From assembly GCF_006345805.1 (NCBI RefSeq), contig NC_042999.1:69626001-69690000 (forward strand): DNA of 64,000 nt. The letters are read 5' to 3'. The translations under genes were made by a program, and so were the position numbers. Of this stretch, positions 37,803 to 51,939 are shown one piece after another. Source of the stretch: Octopus sinensis (taxonomy: Eukaryota). The notes under the pieces are model-generated. The model saw only the letters and a list, made by a program, of their open reading frames with translations. It did not search any database and had not been told where the DNA came from. The stretch's first letter is position 1. Each line of letters starts with the position of its first letter.

Positions 37803-38230
37803 TATTATTATAATTACTGTTGTTGTTGTTGAAGTTGTGTGAAATTTTATTGTGATTGTGAAATCTCCTGAAAGATTTCAAGCATTTAATAATATTATTA
37901 ATAATAATAATATTCAGATTATTGAAGCTTTTCTATTCATGTTGATTTGAATTAATTGAATTAATCATGCATTTTCTCATAGCTTCAAGATTCTTTTGAT
38001 GTGATTGTTTATATTTAGAATGAGATTGTAGGGTAGGTGTGAGAGGCCAGATATGGCTGATTTGAACATAAAATGAGTAGGATATTGGAGGTGTAAATGT
38101 GTAGTAAAATTACAAACCTATAATTAAGCTAAAAAATGACTTGAAAAAGCTCATTTGCATATAATTAGCATATCTATTTTTATTATTTGTGGAGCATTTG
38201 AATCCTGAGGAACCCTGATTTAGTTAAAGA

Positions 38231-38603
38231 CTAGCAGTATCGCCCGGCGTTGCTCGGGTTTGTAAGGGAAATAACTATAAAGCATTTTTAGAGAGTTATA
38301 GCCAAAAAATGGAAAAAAAATTATGGTAAATTTTTTTTTTAGTTAAAAAGGTCGAGTTGCGTCCCCTAGACAGTCTGTGGTTTATGTTTCTGATTCTCGA
38401 CCCCATGTCGAATTTATCGATTTTTTTCAGAACTGGGGGAACTTTTCAAAATTTTCGCTGCGTTAGTTTTGAATTATGACATTGGGCTTATGTGTGTGTC
38501 AAGTTTCATCAGAATCGGTTGAAAGCCGTGGTCAGGGTGAGGGTACAACCTAACAGACACACAGAAACACACACAGACAAACTGCCGTTTATATATAGAG
38601 AGA
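38231..38603 (-). mobile_element. Non-autonomous Helitron
   Basis: Minus strand: 5' TC(TCTCTATATAT), 3' hairpin CCCGAGCAACGCCGGG followed by CTAG; inserted between A and T. Confidence 0.85.
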
Positions 38604-38699
38604 TTGCTCAGCTGTGTGTAGTATTGTCATCATCATCACGAGTGCCAGTTACACGACACTGGTATCAGCTATGACTGTGATTTCACTTGGCATGATGGG

Positions 38700-39050
38700 T
38701 CTTCTTCTCAAGCATGACATATTGCCAAAGGTCTTGGTCGCTTGTCATTGCTTCTCTGAGGCCCAGTGTTCAAAGATCATGCTTCACCACCTCATCCCAT
38801 GTCTTCCTGGGTCTACCTCTTCCACAGGTTCCCTCCACAGTTAGAGATCAGCACCTTTTCACACAGCTGTCCTCATCCATACACATCACATGACCATACC
38901 AGCACCGTCGTCTCTTTTGCACAGCACATCTGCTGCCTCTTATGCCCAACCTTGTTCTCAAAGACACTTACACTCTGTCGTACATGCACACTGATATTGC
39001 ACATCCAGTGAAGCATGCTACCTTCATGTCTTTCAAGCTTTCGCATATCT
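38700..39050 (-). mobile_element. Decayed RTE LINE 3' fragment
   Basis: Same family as 51940-52470 (VEGTCGRGRPRKTWDEVVKHDL). Confidence 0.75.
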
Positions 39051-41675
39051 TTAAAAAGAAATTTGTTGGATTCAGATCATACAAGTAGAGATGGCCTTTG
39101 TTGTTTAACCTCAGGTCAACTCCAATGTGATTTGAAAGATATTTAGTTGCTACTTATTGTAGGTCAAGTGATTATATAAAGGCCTCTTTATTAACTCAAC
39201 TGTACTGATGGTGTTTATGTTGTGTAGCCCCAATCAGCCCTGATTTTCAAAGACATTCCAGCTGTGACCATCCTATCTTTTGTTCTGATAGTGTATCTAG
39301 GGCTACATCATTCAACATATCCTACTCTCTTTAAGACAGCTAAATCTGATTTGAGGGAGATTTGGTTACTATTTCTGGTAGGTAACGGTATCACTTAAAT
39401 GCCTTCTCATCAGTTCAGTTATCCTTATCTACTTTACAAAAATAGAAAAGGTTGTTTTGTCGTATCATAGATTTTGATATTCCGCTCGGCTAACAAAAAT
39501 GAGCTGTACCCATATTTCAAAGGGCCACCGTTGTCACATTCTGTGTCATGTTGAATCTCCCTTAGAACAACTGGCATTTCGTTGGTTGCAACAATGAATG
39601 TTCCACTTGATTTGATCAACAGAACGGCCTGCTTGTGAAATTCACATGCAAGTGGCTGAGTACTCCACAGACATGCATACCCTTCAATTTAGTTCTTATG
39701 AAGATTTTGCATGACACAGAATGTGACAAGGCTGACCTTTTCAAATACAGGTACATCACATTTTTGCCAGTCGAGTGGACTGGAGTAATGTGAAATAAGT
39801 GTTTTGCTCAAGGACACAACACATTGCCGGGAATTGAACTCAGGACCTTACGATTGTGAGCTGAATGCCCTAACCATTAAGCCATAAAACTTCACTGTCT
39901 TTTGAGAACCATGTTAAAGGTACATACGTCTATGAAGTGCTCAACCACTTGCAAATTAGTTTCGTGAGCAGGCTTTTCTGTTGATCAATTCAACTGGAAC
40001 ACTCATTGTCGTAACTGGCAGACTGCCGGTTATTATGCTTTGACATGATGTAAAATTCGTGGTGTATGACTGAATCTTATAAATATTTTTATGATTAGTC
40101 ATATAAAAAAGCTGCCCTAAAAGGAAGTGAAAATGATAGCAGTGTCTTTAGAAGTTAGTATAGTGCATCTGACCGGTAAGGACTTTTGGCATTGTAGAGG
40201 CTTAAGACTTATCCCCCACCCTCTCTCATCTCTTATGTCATACCTGTTCTACAGGTATTGAGGATTATGGACCTTCACACCAAAGTGAATTTTCTTGAAA
40301 AGGCACAACAATAGTTTCCTGTTGCCTTCTCTCAGTCAATTTACAGTTTGATCTGCCAGACCCCTGCTCTCCCAAGATTACCTTTGAAGCACAGGGTCTG
40401 CTTAACCCTTTGATGGTGATGGTGGTGGAGAGGGAGACTGGTTTATGTGTTACCAGAACATATAAACACTCCTGTGGTCTTGTGGCTGTTATTAAGTTGA
40501 TGTTTTCCACATAAATCAACACATTTGATGGAAGATTTTGATTTGCATCACTTAAAACTGGAAATTTGTATTATAGGAATAAGAGTGTTTCAGGTGGGTT
40601 GCTATCAAAAAGGTTAATGGAATATAAGAAATTTTACCTTCAGATACAAATGGTTGGTCCTAAATGTACACGCTCTAAAAAAATGAGATTTGTATGAGTG
40701 GTATTCTTTTGATTAAAAACGTTTACAAAATCTGAACTGTGGCTGATCTACAATAACATCAACAACAGCAACAATGAGATCTAGTTAAATTATTCAAGCT
40801 TGCTATGTGTGTAAGGACTGGTTGCAGGGCATAAGCTGTTCATTCTTTAGCTTCTGGTTTCATCAAATAACTCCCCATCTATCAGCTCAATGAATACCCA
40901 CTGCAGGCCCTTCCACTCTCCCTCATGTGCCTATCCACACACTCTCCATGCTTTTACATATCTACCATACCCACCTCTTAGCCACTCCAGTTCCTCTCAC
41001 TGGCACCTGCTATTTCTAATTATTTGCCTTCACACTCTTATGGAATATCTTTTCTATCCCTCTGTACTGCTCTTAATTCCTTCCACTGTTCCTTGTAGGT
41101 AGGCCTTCTCTAGCTCACTCCCACCTCCATCTCCTTCCTTGGCCTACTGGGGTTACCAAATCCTTGTGCCTCTATCATACTCCAACTTCTTGCCTGGCAC
41201 ATGGCCACTTCTCTTGATTCCACTCTCTCTCTCAGCTGAGAGGTCCTTGTCTTGCAAGCAACCTGGCAACCCTGTGGATGCTGATGCCATGTTAAATGCA
41301 CCCATGCTGGCGTCACATAAAAGCACCTGGTACACTCTGTAAAGTGGTTGGCTTTAGGAAGGGCGTCCATGTCAAGAAACCATGTCAAAACAGATAACTG
41401 GAGCCTGGTGCAGCTCTCTGGCTTACCATCTCTTGTCAAACTGTCCAACCTATGCCAGCATGAGAAAACGGACATTAAATGATGATGATTTGAAACCATT
41501 ATAGACCAAGGTGTGGCTGTGTAGTAAGAAGTTTGCTTCCTAACTACCTGGTTCCATGTTTGGTCCCGCTGCATGGTACCTTGGGCAAGGATCTTCTATT
41601 ATATTATGGCCTCAGGCTGACCAAAGCCTTGTGAGTAGAACTGATTGACAAAAACTGATAGATGCCTGTTGTGTT

Positions 41676-41720
<45 letters not shown>

Positions 41721-42670
41721 ATGCATGTGTTTGTCCCCCACCACCTCTTGACAACCGGTGTTGGTGTGTTTACGTCCCTGTAACTTAGCAGCTTGGCAAA
41801 TATGATTGACAGAATAAGTACCAGGTTTTAAAAAAAATATTTCAGGAGTTGATTCTAAAGCCATTCAAGGTGATGCCCCAGCATGGCCACAGTATAATAA
41901 CTGAAACAAATAAAAGATACAAGATAAAGACAGAACAACAAAAAAAAAAAAACAGACAAAAAAATAACAATAAGGTGTACTGTTAGAATTGGTGGAGCAT
42001 CAAAAGAAATGCCTTGTGGTCCTTGTTCCAGGTCTTTATGCTCTTTGTTAAAATGTCTCTGCTGTCAGTTCATCCCTCTGTGGGGTTGAGGGGTCAGTAG
42101 AATAAAGCATCAATCTTGTATAGGCAGTGGTGGTGGGGGAGTCAATGCAATCTACTAAATCTCTCCCTTCCTCATCCCCCCCCCCTTGCCAAATTACTGG
42201 CCTTTTGCCTAAATTAAAAACAGGCATCACCACCATCATCATCATCACCACCATCATCACCACCACCACCACCATCATCACCACCACCATCATCATCACC
42301 ACCATCAACTTTATCTACCCCATCTTCCTTCTTGTCATTATTTTCCTCCTCCTCCTCCCCTTCATCATCATCATCACCGTCTCGTCTCCCTCCTCCTCAA
42401 TTATAGTGCAAAAACTAAACATCAAACGCAGTTATTATCATCACCCATTTCCTCTACCCTTCCTCCTCATCAATCATATAACAAAAACTAAACAACAACA
42501 AGTACACTTATGTAATTTTCCTTCAATGCTAAATTAAATCTCACATTATTATTATTATTATATTATTATTATTATTATTATTATTAAATGCTTGAAATCT
42601 TTCAGGAGATTTCACAATCACAATAAAATCTCACACAACTTCAACAACAACAACAGTAATTATAATAATA

Positions 42671-42706
<36 letters not shown>

Positions 42707-43014
42707 GCTTTATTTACCACTGTATGTTCACAAAAAGAAAAAAACATTGGGAACAGTGGAGGACAATACAATGTGGGGTTACATAAATAGAAGCTTAGTT
42801 GTTATATATTAAGGAGAGTGTCAAATATGATAAATGTGGGTGTATTAGGGTGTCATTTCAGCTGTAACAAGTGGCACTCCATCACATTACCCATTACCTC
42901 TGAACAATTCTCTTAACTGTCTGACTGTTAAACAGGCTTAAGTAGAAACCCCAACACCACCAGCACACTGCCTCGCGTCTATTGATTTTGTATTAAGGTG
43001 GGCATTACATACAT

Positions 43015-43053
<39 letters not shown>

Positions 43054-43255
43054 AATATGTTTGTGTATGGGTGTATGTATGATAAATGTATGAATATTTT
43101 ATACAAATGCATACATACAGGAAGAGAAGGAAAGAGATGTGGATCAGTGTTTGCATTTATATACGTTACACATGCGACTAAATATGACTATATAAGTCGT
43201 TCATATATTTTTGTGTGCGTATGTGTGTGTATGTATGTAAGTATATATATATATA

Positions 43256-43662
43256 GGCGCAGGAGTAGCTGTGTGGTAAGTAGCTTGCTAACCAACCACA
43301 TGGTTCCGGGTTCAGTCTCACTGCATGGCATCTTGGGCAAGTGTCTTCTGCTATAGCCCCAGGCCGACCAATGCCTTGTGAGTGGATTTGGTAGACGGAA
43401 ACTGAAAGAAGCCTGTCGTATATATGTATATATATATGTGTGTGTGTGTATGTGTATGTGTGTGTGTATGTCTGTGTTTGTCCCCCTAGCATTGCTTGAC
43501 AACCGATGCTGGTGTGTTTACGTTCCCGTCACTTAGCGGTTCTGCAAAAGAGACCGATAGAATAAGTACTGGGCTTACAAAGAATAAGTCCCGGGGTCGA
43601 TTTGCTCGACTAAAGGCGGTGCTCCAGCATGGCCGCAGTCAAATGACTGAAACAAGTAAAAG

Positions 43663-43664
<2 letters not shown>
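43256..43664 (+). mobile_element. tRNA-derived SINE family A (representative full-length copy)
   Basis: A/B-box head ggcgcaggagtagctgtgtggtaag...ggttccgggttcagtc, CORE-like ttgggcaagtg, (TA/TG)n linker, 3' ...gactgaaacaagtaaaaga. Other copies: about 70-460(-), 8822-9359(-), 10733-11126(+), 24920-25285(-), 26140-26660(-), 28290-28645(+), 29560-29870(+), 41505-41920(+), 46190-46625(+), 47960-48355(-), 54860-55240(-). Confidence 0.9.
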
Positions 43665-43698
<34 letters not shown>

Positions 43699-44345
43699 CA
43701 CACACACACAAACACACGTATATACACACATATATATATGTGAGTTTGCATTGTGTATATGTGTGCTTATAACTATTTTATACACCTGTACAAATAGTAG
43801 CATGTACTTATTTATGTGTGTGTGTATATATTTATGTGTGTGTATGTGTGTGATTGTCATCATCGTCATTCATATATTTGTGTGTGTGTGTATGCAAGCA
43901 TGTGTATATGTATGTAAGTGTATATATGTATATGGGTTTGCATTGTGTATACGTGGGCTTATAACTAATTATACACCTATACAAATAGTAGCATGTACCT
44001 ATTTATGTATGTATGTGTATATATTTATGTGTGTGATTGTCATCATCATCACCATCATCATCATTTAACATAAACGTTTCCTTGCTGGCATGGATTTATA
44101 TATACACACACACACACACACATATGTAAACAAAACATTCAAACACTAAGGTCTGAAATAAGATGTCACTATTGCTAATATCATCTGTGGATAAGATTTA
44201 AAATTGGTGGTATCGACATTAGTAACACAGGTGGCTCGCAGGCAAAAAGCATTACTTAGCTATAAATTACAAATTAGCATGAAGCGTAAGGGTGCAGAAA
44301 AAGCATCAATCCGCTAGAAATAAGAGCTAAAGTCTTAATTATATA

Positions 44346-44410
<65 letters not shown>

Positions 44411-44522
44411 TATATATAATGTATATATTCAGATGTGTGTTTTCTTATGATAAATACTGTAGTAGTAGCAGCAGCAGCAGCATGGCCTTGCCTCCTTTAT
44501 TGTTAATCTTTGTTGATTACAG

Positions 44523-44613
44523 GTAGATCTGCTTTAGACAGAATGATGGAGGAAACACGCTGTAAGAAAATGATAGACAACCAACCTCAAGGAGGTAAAA
44601 TGGATCGAAGTGG
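44523..44613 (+). CDS. AGTPBP1: AGTPBP1/CCP1-family exon (first coding exon seen; probable start ATG at 44543)
   Basis: Acceptor ttgattacAG (44521-22) and donor GTGAGT (44614). Open frame (G)RSALDRMMEETRCKKMIDNQPQGGKMDRS(G), ending in phase 2 and joining 49676 in frame. No homology recognised for this exon itself; it is assigned by phase compatibility. Confidence 0.65.
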
Positions 44614-46375
44614 GTGAGTATATGCCTTTATTTTCCTATTTCACATTTATTTTTTAAATAATGAAGTATTTACACAGCTTCTTAGGGGCCACTGGTCCTC
44701 CTAGAAATACGCACGCACGCACGCACGTATTTGTGTGTGTGTTTGCATTTTTGCCCCTACCATCACTTGTTTATGTCCCCGTAACTTAGTGGTTCGGCAA
44801 ATGAGACCAACAGATTGAGTACTAGGCTTACAAAGAATAAGGCCTGGGGCCCATTTTTCAACTAACACCCTTTTAGGCAGTGCTCCAGTATGGCTGCAGT
44901 CAGGTGAGTGAAACAAATAAACAAACAAAAGAATATGACTCCCCCTCCCCAAAAAAAGGTCATATGGACCCTGATTGAAAACCTCTGGACTAAAGTGTCA
45001 TCCTAGGTATATGTGATGGAATGGTCATGACTGCAGCTGCTTTGTCCTTATAGCTGTGCAGGATCACTGACTCAGGGCTAAACAATAGTAGCTTGCTAAA
45101 TCTCCCACAAGTTACACTTCCAGTATTAAAAAATGGTAAGTCATCCCAAATATATACAATGGAATGGCTGAAGCTTCTTTGATTGTACAAGTCTACAACA
45201 GTGATTCTCAATCATTGTTTTTTTCATCTGTGGACCCCGTTTGAATGTTATTTTACTAGGGTGGACACTAAGAGCTATTCAGAGTTTTAAAATAAGCCTA
45301 TTAGATCTTTATAATTAAATATTATTAGGCGTGGCTGTGTGGTAAGAAGCTTGCTTCCCAACCACATGGTTCCGGGAAAGACTCTTCTACTATAGCCTCA
45401 GGTTGACCAAAGCCTTTTGAGTGGATTTGGTGGAGAGAAACTGAAAGAAAAAGGTATAAAGATACATAGTCTTTCCAAGCCACGCAGTGAACTACATAGT
45501 TTGCCTCTCCCAATTCTATGCTCGATTCTAGTGAAACCCATATTGTATGGCCGCCACCTTCTTGAAAAGGAAAGTCCTGGAGACTAGAGGAATGGTAAAC
45601 ATTATTTAATAAAACATCAGATTAGATTGTGTGAAATAAGAAAACCAAATATTTCAGAACCAAATTTAAATATGAACAGCCAAATGACTAAATGTCCTAA
45701 AGGCTCGGATGCCATAGAAATGTAACTACGCAAAGTTAAAATTCTAGATGTCAAGTATACGGCCAGCAACTCTTCTCTATAGAAATCAATTCTATGATAG
45801 CTAATAACCTCACTGCTGGCGTGTATAATTCATAAAGTGTCAAATTACAGCATTTCAATGAAATTAATTTGACGTACACGGGAAAACGTTACATATGGAA
45901 TCTAACCCCCAGAACAAAAAAAAAGTGTAGATGCACTAATACTGGTCAAAGATTCGGCAACAACAGTAAAAAAACAGATCGGCATACTAAGACTGTCACT
46001 CCGCTGCCAAAACTGTGAATATTCTTTAAATGACTAAGTACGCAATTTACATAATATAAGCGGGACATGACTCCAAGCTCCAATTTCGCCGAGGTACGCT
46101 CCCCTCCCCCCTCCACTTAACAGAACTGTAAATTGCAATGCAAAATCATACAATAGAATGCAGACATATAAAAGAAATTGAACTCATGTAGAAGTGACTG
46201 TGTGGTAAGTAGCTTGCTTATCAACCAGTCACTCCTACGTGACTGGTTGATAACCATATAATCCGGGTTCAGTCCCACTGCATAGCACCTTGGGCAAGTG
46301 TCTTCTACTGTAGCCTCGGGCTGACCAAAGCCTTGTGAGTGAATTTGGTAGACGGAAACTGAAAGAAGCCCGTTG

Positions 46376-46418
<43 letters not shown>

Positions 46419-49400
46419 ATATTTCTGTGTCTGTATATGTTCCTCCAACATTGCTTGACAACCGATGCTGGTGTGTTTACGTCCCTGTAACTTAGTGGTT
46501 TAGCAAAAGAGACCGATAGAATAAGAACTAGGCTTACAAAGAATAAGTCCTGGGGTCGATTTGCTTGACTAAAGGCAGTGCTCCAGCATGGCCACAGTCA
46601 AATGATTGGAACAAGTAAAAGAGAGTTACCAAAATTCAGTAGCTGGCCTTAATTTTAAAAATACTAAGCCAAAGAATTGGTGTATGAAAGTTACAGACAG
46701 CTTCCTTTTTATTTTAAAACCAATACAAACTAATATTTTAAAAAACGTAATATTAGCGAGATATTTTTCTTTTATTCGAACAGAATCTAAAAATTGAGTG
46801 TTGAGTTTGCTGTTGTAAGGAAGCAACTTTGGGACACATTTCCAGCCAAATGCTACTGACATATTAGACAGATTGGTCTTATAAGTGAGGCCAAGATACA
46901 AAAAGACTCAATTGACACAAGCAAAGTTCATAGTCACTAAAACAATGTGCTAGTATCAATTCTTTATTCCTTTTACAACAGATGTTCACATTTTAAAAAG
47001 TCTCTCATTCACCCCACCCACCCAAGGTGGTCTGAAGCATTCAGACTGAAAAGATAGAATTAGAAATAGACAGTTCAAGATTAAAGTTTTTAACAAGGCT
47101 CCTCCTCCTCTCCTTCCTCCTCATCCAAACCGCCTTCATCAGCAGTAGCAAGTTTAGGCGCAATGGCCCAATGGTTAGGGCAGCGAACTCGCGGTTTCGA
47201 TTCCCAGACCGGGCGTTGTGTGTGTTTATTGAGCGAAAACACCTAAAGCCCCACGAGGCTCCGGCAGGGGATGGTGGTGACCCCTGTTGTACTCTTTCAC
47301 CCCAACTTTCTCTCACTCTTTCTTTCTGTTTCTTCTCCCCAACTTCCTACGCAACTGCTGAGCCTGGATGCGCATTCATCCATCTGTCAATGCTCTCAGT
47401 GTTGGGGGTTGACCTGCTTTGTCTTCTGCGAGTCTTACGAATAGCAAAGGACCATGTTTCGGACTTCCCTCACTACAGAAGACTGCTTCGCTCAACATCA
47501 ACATCATCAACATCAGCAGTAGCATCCTGATATTGTTGGTACTCTGATATCAAGTATATATATATATGTGTGTGGGTGTGTGTGTGTGTATATCTGTGTT
47601 TGTTTGTCACTCCTGCCCACCATCGCTCGACAACCTATGTTGGTGTGTTTGCATCCCCATAACTTAGTGGTTTGGCAAAAGAGAATGATAGAATGAGTAC
47701 TAGGCTTACAGCAAATAAGTCATGGGGTCAATTTGTTTGACTAAAAGGTGGTGCTCTAGCATGGCTGCAGTCAAATGACTCAAACAAATAAAATAATAAA
47801 AAAAATTGTCAAAACATTTTATATATTGCAGAAGAATAACTAATTTATTGCAAATAAATCTTCACAACAAAATCTAATATGGACCCCTAAGGGTTCACTT
47901 AAAATTAGGGGTTTCAGGGTATAAGAGCAAAGTTTTAGAGTCTACTCTTTTTACTCTCTCTTTTACTCTTTTACTTGTTTCAGTCATTTGACTGTGGCCA
48001 TGCTGGAGCACCACCTTTAATCGAGCTAATTGACCCCAGGACTTATTCTTTGGAAGCCTAGTACTTATTCTATTGGTCCCTTTTGCTGAACCGCTAAGTT
48101 CAGGGACATAAACACACCATCATTGGTTATCAAGCAATCTTGGGGGACAAACAAAGACACACAAACATATACACACAAATACAGATATACATAAATATAT
48201 ACGACGTGCTTCTTTCAGTTTCCGTCTACCAAATCCACTCACAAGGCTTTGGTCAACCCGAGGCTATAGTAGAAGACACTTGCCCAAGGTGCCATGCAGT
48301 GGGAAGGAACCCGGAACCATGTGGTTGGTAAGCAAGCTTCTTACCACACAGCCACATTGCAAAACGAGAAATAATTTTCCACCTAAGTTCGTTATTTGTT
48401 TGTAATTATTTTACTTTGAGTACTTTCTAATGTAAAGGCATGACCTTCACAACATCCATTCCTCTCTCTCCTCTTGAAATGAATAGAACTGATGACACTT
48501 TCAGTGTATTCCACTGACCTCAGATAATTACCTTGTTGATTAATATAGATACCGGTGTTATGCAAATGGCATGTAAAAGCACCCATTGCACTCTCGGAGT
48601 GGTTGGCGTTAGGAAGGGCATCCAGCTGTAGAAAGCCATGCCAAATCAGACTGGAGTCTGGTGCAGCCTTCCAACTTAACAACCCTGGTCAAACTGTCCA
48701 ACCCATACCAAAGAGAGAGAGAGAGAAAGTTTGATTGATCTTAATCATCTTTCCAATTGTGGAGTAACATTCTGATAATTAATTTGAAAATTTTTCGAGT
48801 GTTGGACCCTGTGGAGGCAATGACCAAGATCTTTGGCATTATGTTGTGCTTGAGATGAAGACCCATCAAGCCTAGCAGTTGTGGCATAATACTGGTGTCG
48901 CACAAATTGGCACCCGTGCCAGTAGCATGCAAGCGCACCCTGGTGTCACACAAACGACGCCCATGGCGGTAGCACGTAAAAGCACCCATTACACTCTCAG
49001 AGTGGTTGGCGATAGGAAGGGCATCCAGTTGTAGAAAGCCATGCCAAATCAGACTGGAGTCTGGTGCAGCCTTCCAACTTAACAACCCTGGTCAAACTGT
49101 CCAACCCATACCAGCATGGACAACAGGCATTAAATGGTGATGATGAAATTAAGATGTTGGTCTTGCAGAATCCTTAGCAAGCTGGGCAAAATGCTTAGTG
49201 ATTTCTTGTTCATCCTTGCGTTCTGAGTTCAAATTCCACCAAGGTTGACTTTGCCTTTCATCCTCTTAGGGTTGATGAAATAAGTACCAGTTGTGTACTG
49301 GGGTCAATGTAGTTGATTTACCTGCTCCCCTGAACTTGTCGGCTTTATGCCAAAATTTGAAACCAATATTAATTATTGAAATTAAGTTTCCATTATCTCA

Positions 49401-49675
49401 TTGCAACAGGAATTTAAATTAATTGACATTTTTGACTCAATACATTATGTTAGCACTCACTTAACTATTGTGTTTCATTCAGATGGTGACCCTAAGTTGT
49501 TGTCCTCTTGTCATATAAGTTTAGATACAGATGAAGATGACAATAACACTGATATGGTGGTGTGGCGGCCTGCCTTCTTACCTACCTACCTTTATCCCTT
49601 CCTCCCTCCCCTATTTATCCTTCTCTTTCTTTCCTTTTTTTCTAATTCTTTTTATTTTTATCTTTTACTCTTTAG

Positions 49676-49830
49676 ATCTCGAAGTAATCAGTTTTTGCAA
49701 ACAATTGAGAGAATCTGCAGCAGACCATCATACATGTGTGGTGGATCGAGACGAGATGCAGCAGAGGATCTACTGCAGTTACGGTTTGCGACTGGAAAGA
49801 TCCATCTAATAATTACATCAAGCAAATTTG
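49676..49830 (+). CDS. AGTPBP1: AGTPBP1/CCP1-family exon
   Basis: Long polypyrimidine tract plus tttAG acceptor; donor GTAAAA at 49831; phase 2 to 1. SRSNQFLQTIERICSRPSYMCGGSRRDAAEDLLQLRFATGKIHLIITSSKF resembles vertebrate CCP1 SRIVGLLAQLEKI...ARYVTSKILHLAQS (recalled sequence). Confidence 0.75.
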
Positions 49831-51679
49831 GTAAAAATCCTTTGGATTACACCTATCATCATCATCATCATTTTCATTATCATCATCATCTTCATCATCA
49901 TTTAACTTTCATATTCCATGCTGGCATGAATTGGAGAGTTTGACTGGATCCAATCAGTCTGAAAGACATGTCATGCTTCAGTGTCTGCTTTGGAATAGTT
50001 TCTATGGCTGAATGCCTCTCCTTACGTCAAACACTTCACAATGTGTACTGGGTGCTTTTTCTGTGACACTAGTCCTAGTGAGGCCATCCTGCAGCTTTCA
50101 AGACTATGGAACCCTAATGAGTTGGCTTTACACAAAGAGTTGAATGGTTAGGGTTGAATGGAAGAAGTGATTAAAGAAGTTTGATTAAATGGAGCCACCT
50201 GAAACAGTTATTATCATCATCATTGTTTAATGTCCGTTTTCCATGCTAGCATGGGTTGGACGGTTTTGACTGAGGGTTGGCAACCAGATGGCTGCACCAG
50301 GCTCCAGTCTTGATCTGGCAGAGTTTCTACAGCTGGATGCCCTTCCTAATGCCAACCACTCCGAGAGTGTAGTGGGTGCTTTTTACGTGCCACCTGCACG
50401 GGGGCCAGTCAGGCGATACTGGCAATGACCTCGCTCGAATCTTTTTACACATGCCACCAACACAGGTGCCAGTGAAGCGACGTTGGTAACGATCACGCTC
50501 GAATGGTGCCCTTTTATGTGCCACGGGTACGGAAGCCAGTTGGCTGCTCTGGCAACGATCCCTCCATTAATACCTGACATCCTCTTACTTATTTGATTTA
50601 TACATACATACATATGTCCATCCATCCATCCATCCATCCATCCATCCATCACAGCTGCATCCTCGTTACACGAGAAAAGCCATTGCCAAGAAGACTTACT
50701 GAAATGATTCATGGTTGTTGCCATGTGATGCCCTTATATGACTTTTAAGCCCGACCAAGCCTTTACACCATTTTATTACATACTAGACAACTGTGCTGGC
50801 TGGCAGGAGAAACAGGTGCCACCATATGCACTCTCTTAATATGTCTTTTTAGACCTCCAACTGAGAGGCACACCCTTCCACATTTTGACATACATTCTTT
50901 TATGAATTTTAATAGCCACATCATTGTTTATCATGGGTCGATTTCTATGAGATTTTGATGGCTCACCAGACCTGCATGACTCAAACACCTCCACCAACAA
51001 ACTACACACATAAAAAGCAACATACATACATACATACATCCCCATTCTCCTCATCGTTTACCGTCCGCTTTCCATGCTGACATGGATTGGATGGTTTGAC
51101 AGGAGCTGGCCAGGCAGAAGACTGCACCAGACTTCTGTGTCTGTTTTGGCAGGGTTTCTACAGCTGGATGCCCTTCCTAACACCAGCCACTTTACAGAGT
51201 GAGCTGAGTGCTTTTTACATGGCACAAGCACAAGAGGTCAGTTTTGCCTGCCCTTTCCGCTGTCTGACCTTTGAGTTTCATAAGCTTCTTAATCTCACGT
51301 GTCTTCACCATTTCAAATTCTTTCATGTACAACTTTTCTAGATCTTGTTGGGTTCTCTTTCAGTCGTCATCTCTGGTTATTTTCCTAAGTAATGAAGACA
51401 ACTTCTCTTTGATTTCGTTATTTAGTTGATGTTTTTTCTAATGGTTGTCATGGATCCTCTCACAGACGAGGGCATGTCCTGCCCTTTCTGCTCAGTTTTG
51501 GTTTGACTTTTACAGCTGGATGCCCTTCCAAATGCCAACCACTTTACAGTGTTGATTGGATGCTTTTTACATGGCATCAGCATGGGTAGGGTCACCAAGT
51601 AACTTGTGAGACAAAGATCCTTTGAGAGGGGAGGAGGTATTAGCAGAAGGGATCCTGTGTCAGACGATGAATGGTTAGA

Positions 51680-51719
<40 letters not shown>

Positions 51720-51939
51720 TTAAATATTAAAGTATTTTCCTTCTTTTGTTTAAAAGTACTTTTTTCTGAAACAACCATCAATGTGCTTCGTCAGTGATTG
51801 ATGGATTGCCTGATTGCAGTATAGAGAAAACCAACATGTCTGTCACTGGAGGATAAATGAATCTAAAGCAATAGAGTCACGTTTGTTGTTTGTGCTGATG
51901 ACAAAAAAGAAATTTGAAAGTTCTGTTATCAAATACCAG

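Noticed and set aside
40255-40312. Exon after a tacctgttctacAG acceptor
   Set aside because: No convincing donor and short frames only. It could be a 5' UTR exon, but this cannot be supported.
43744-44048. ~120-bp tandem duplication
   Set aside because: An ordinary slippage-type duplication among microsatellites.
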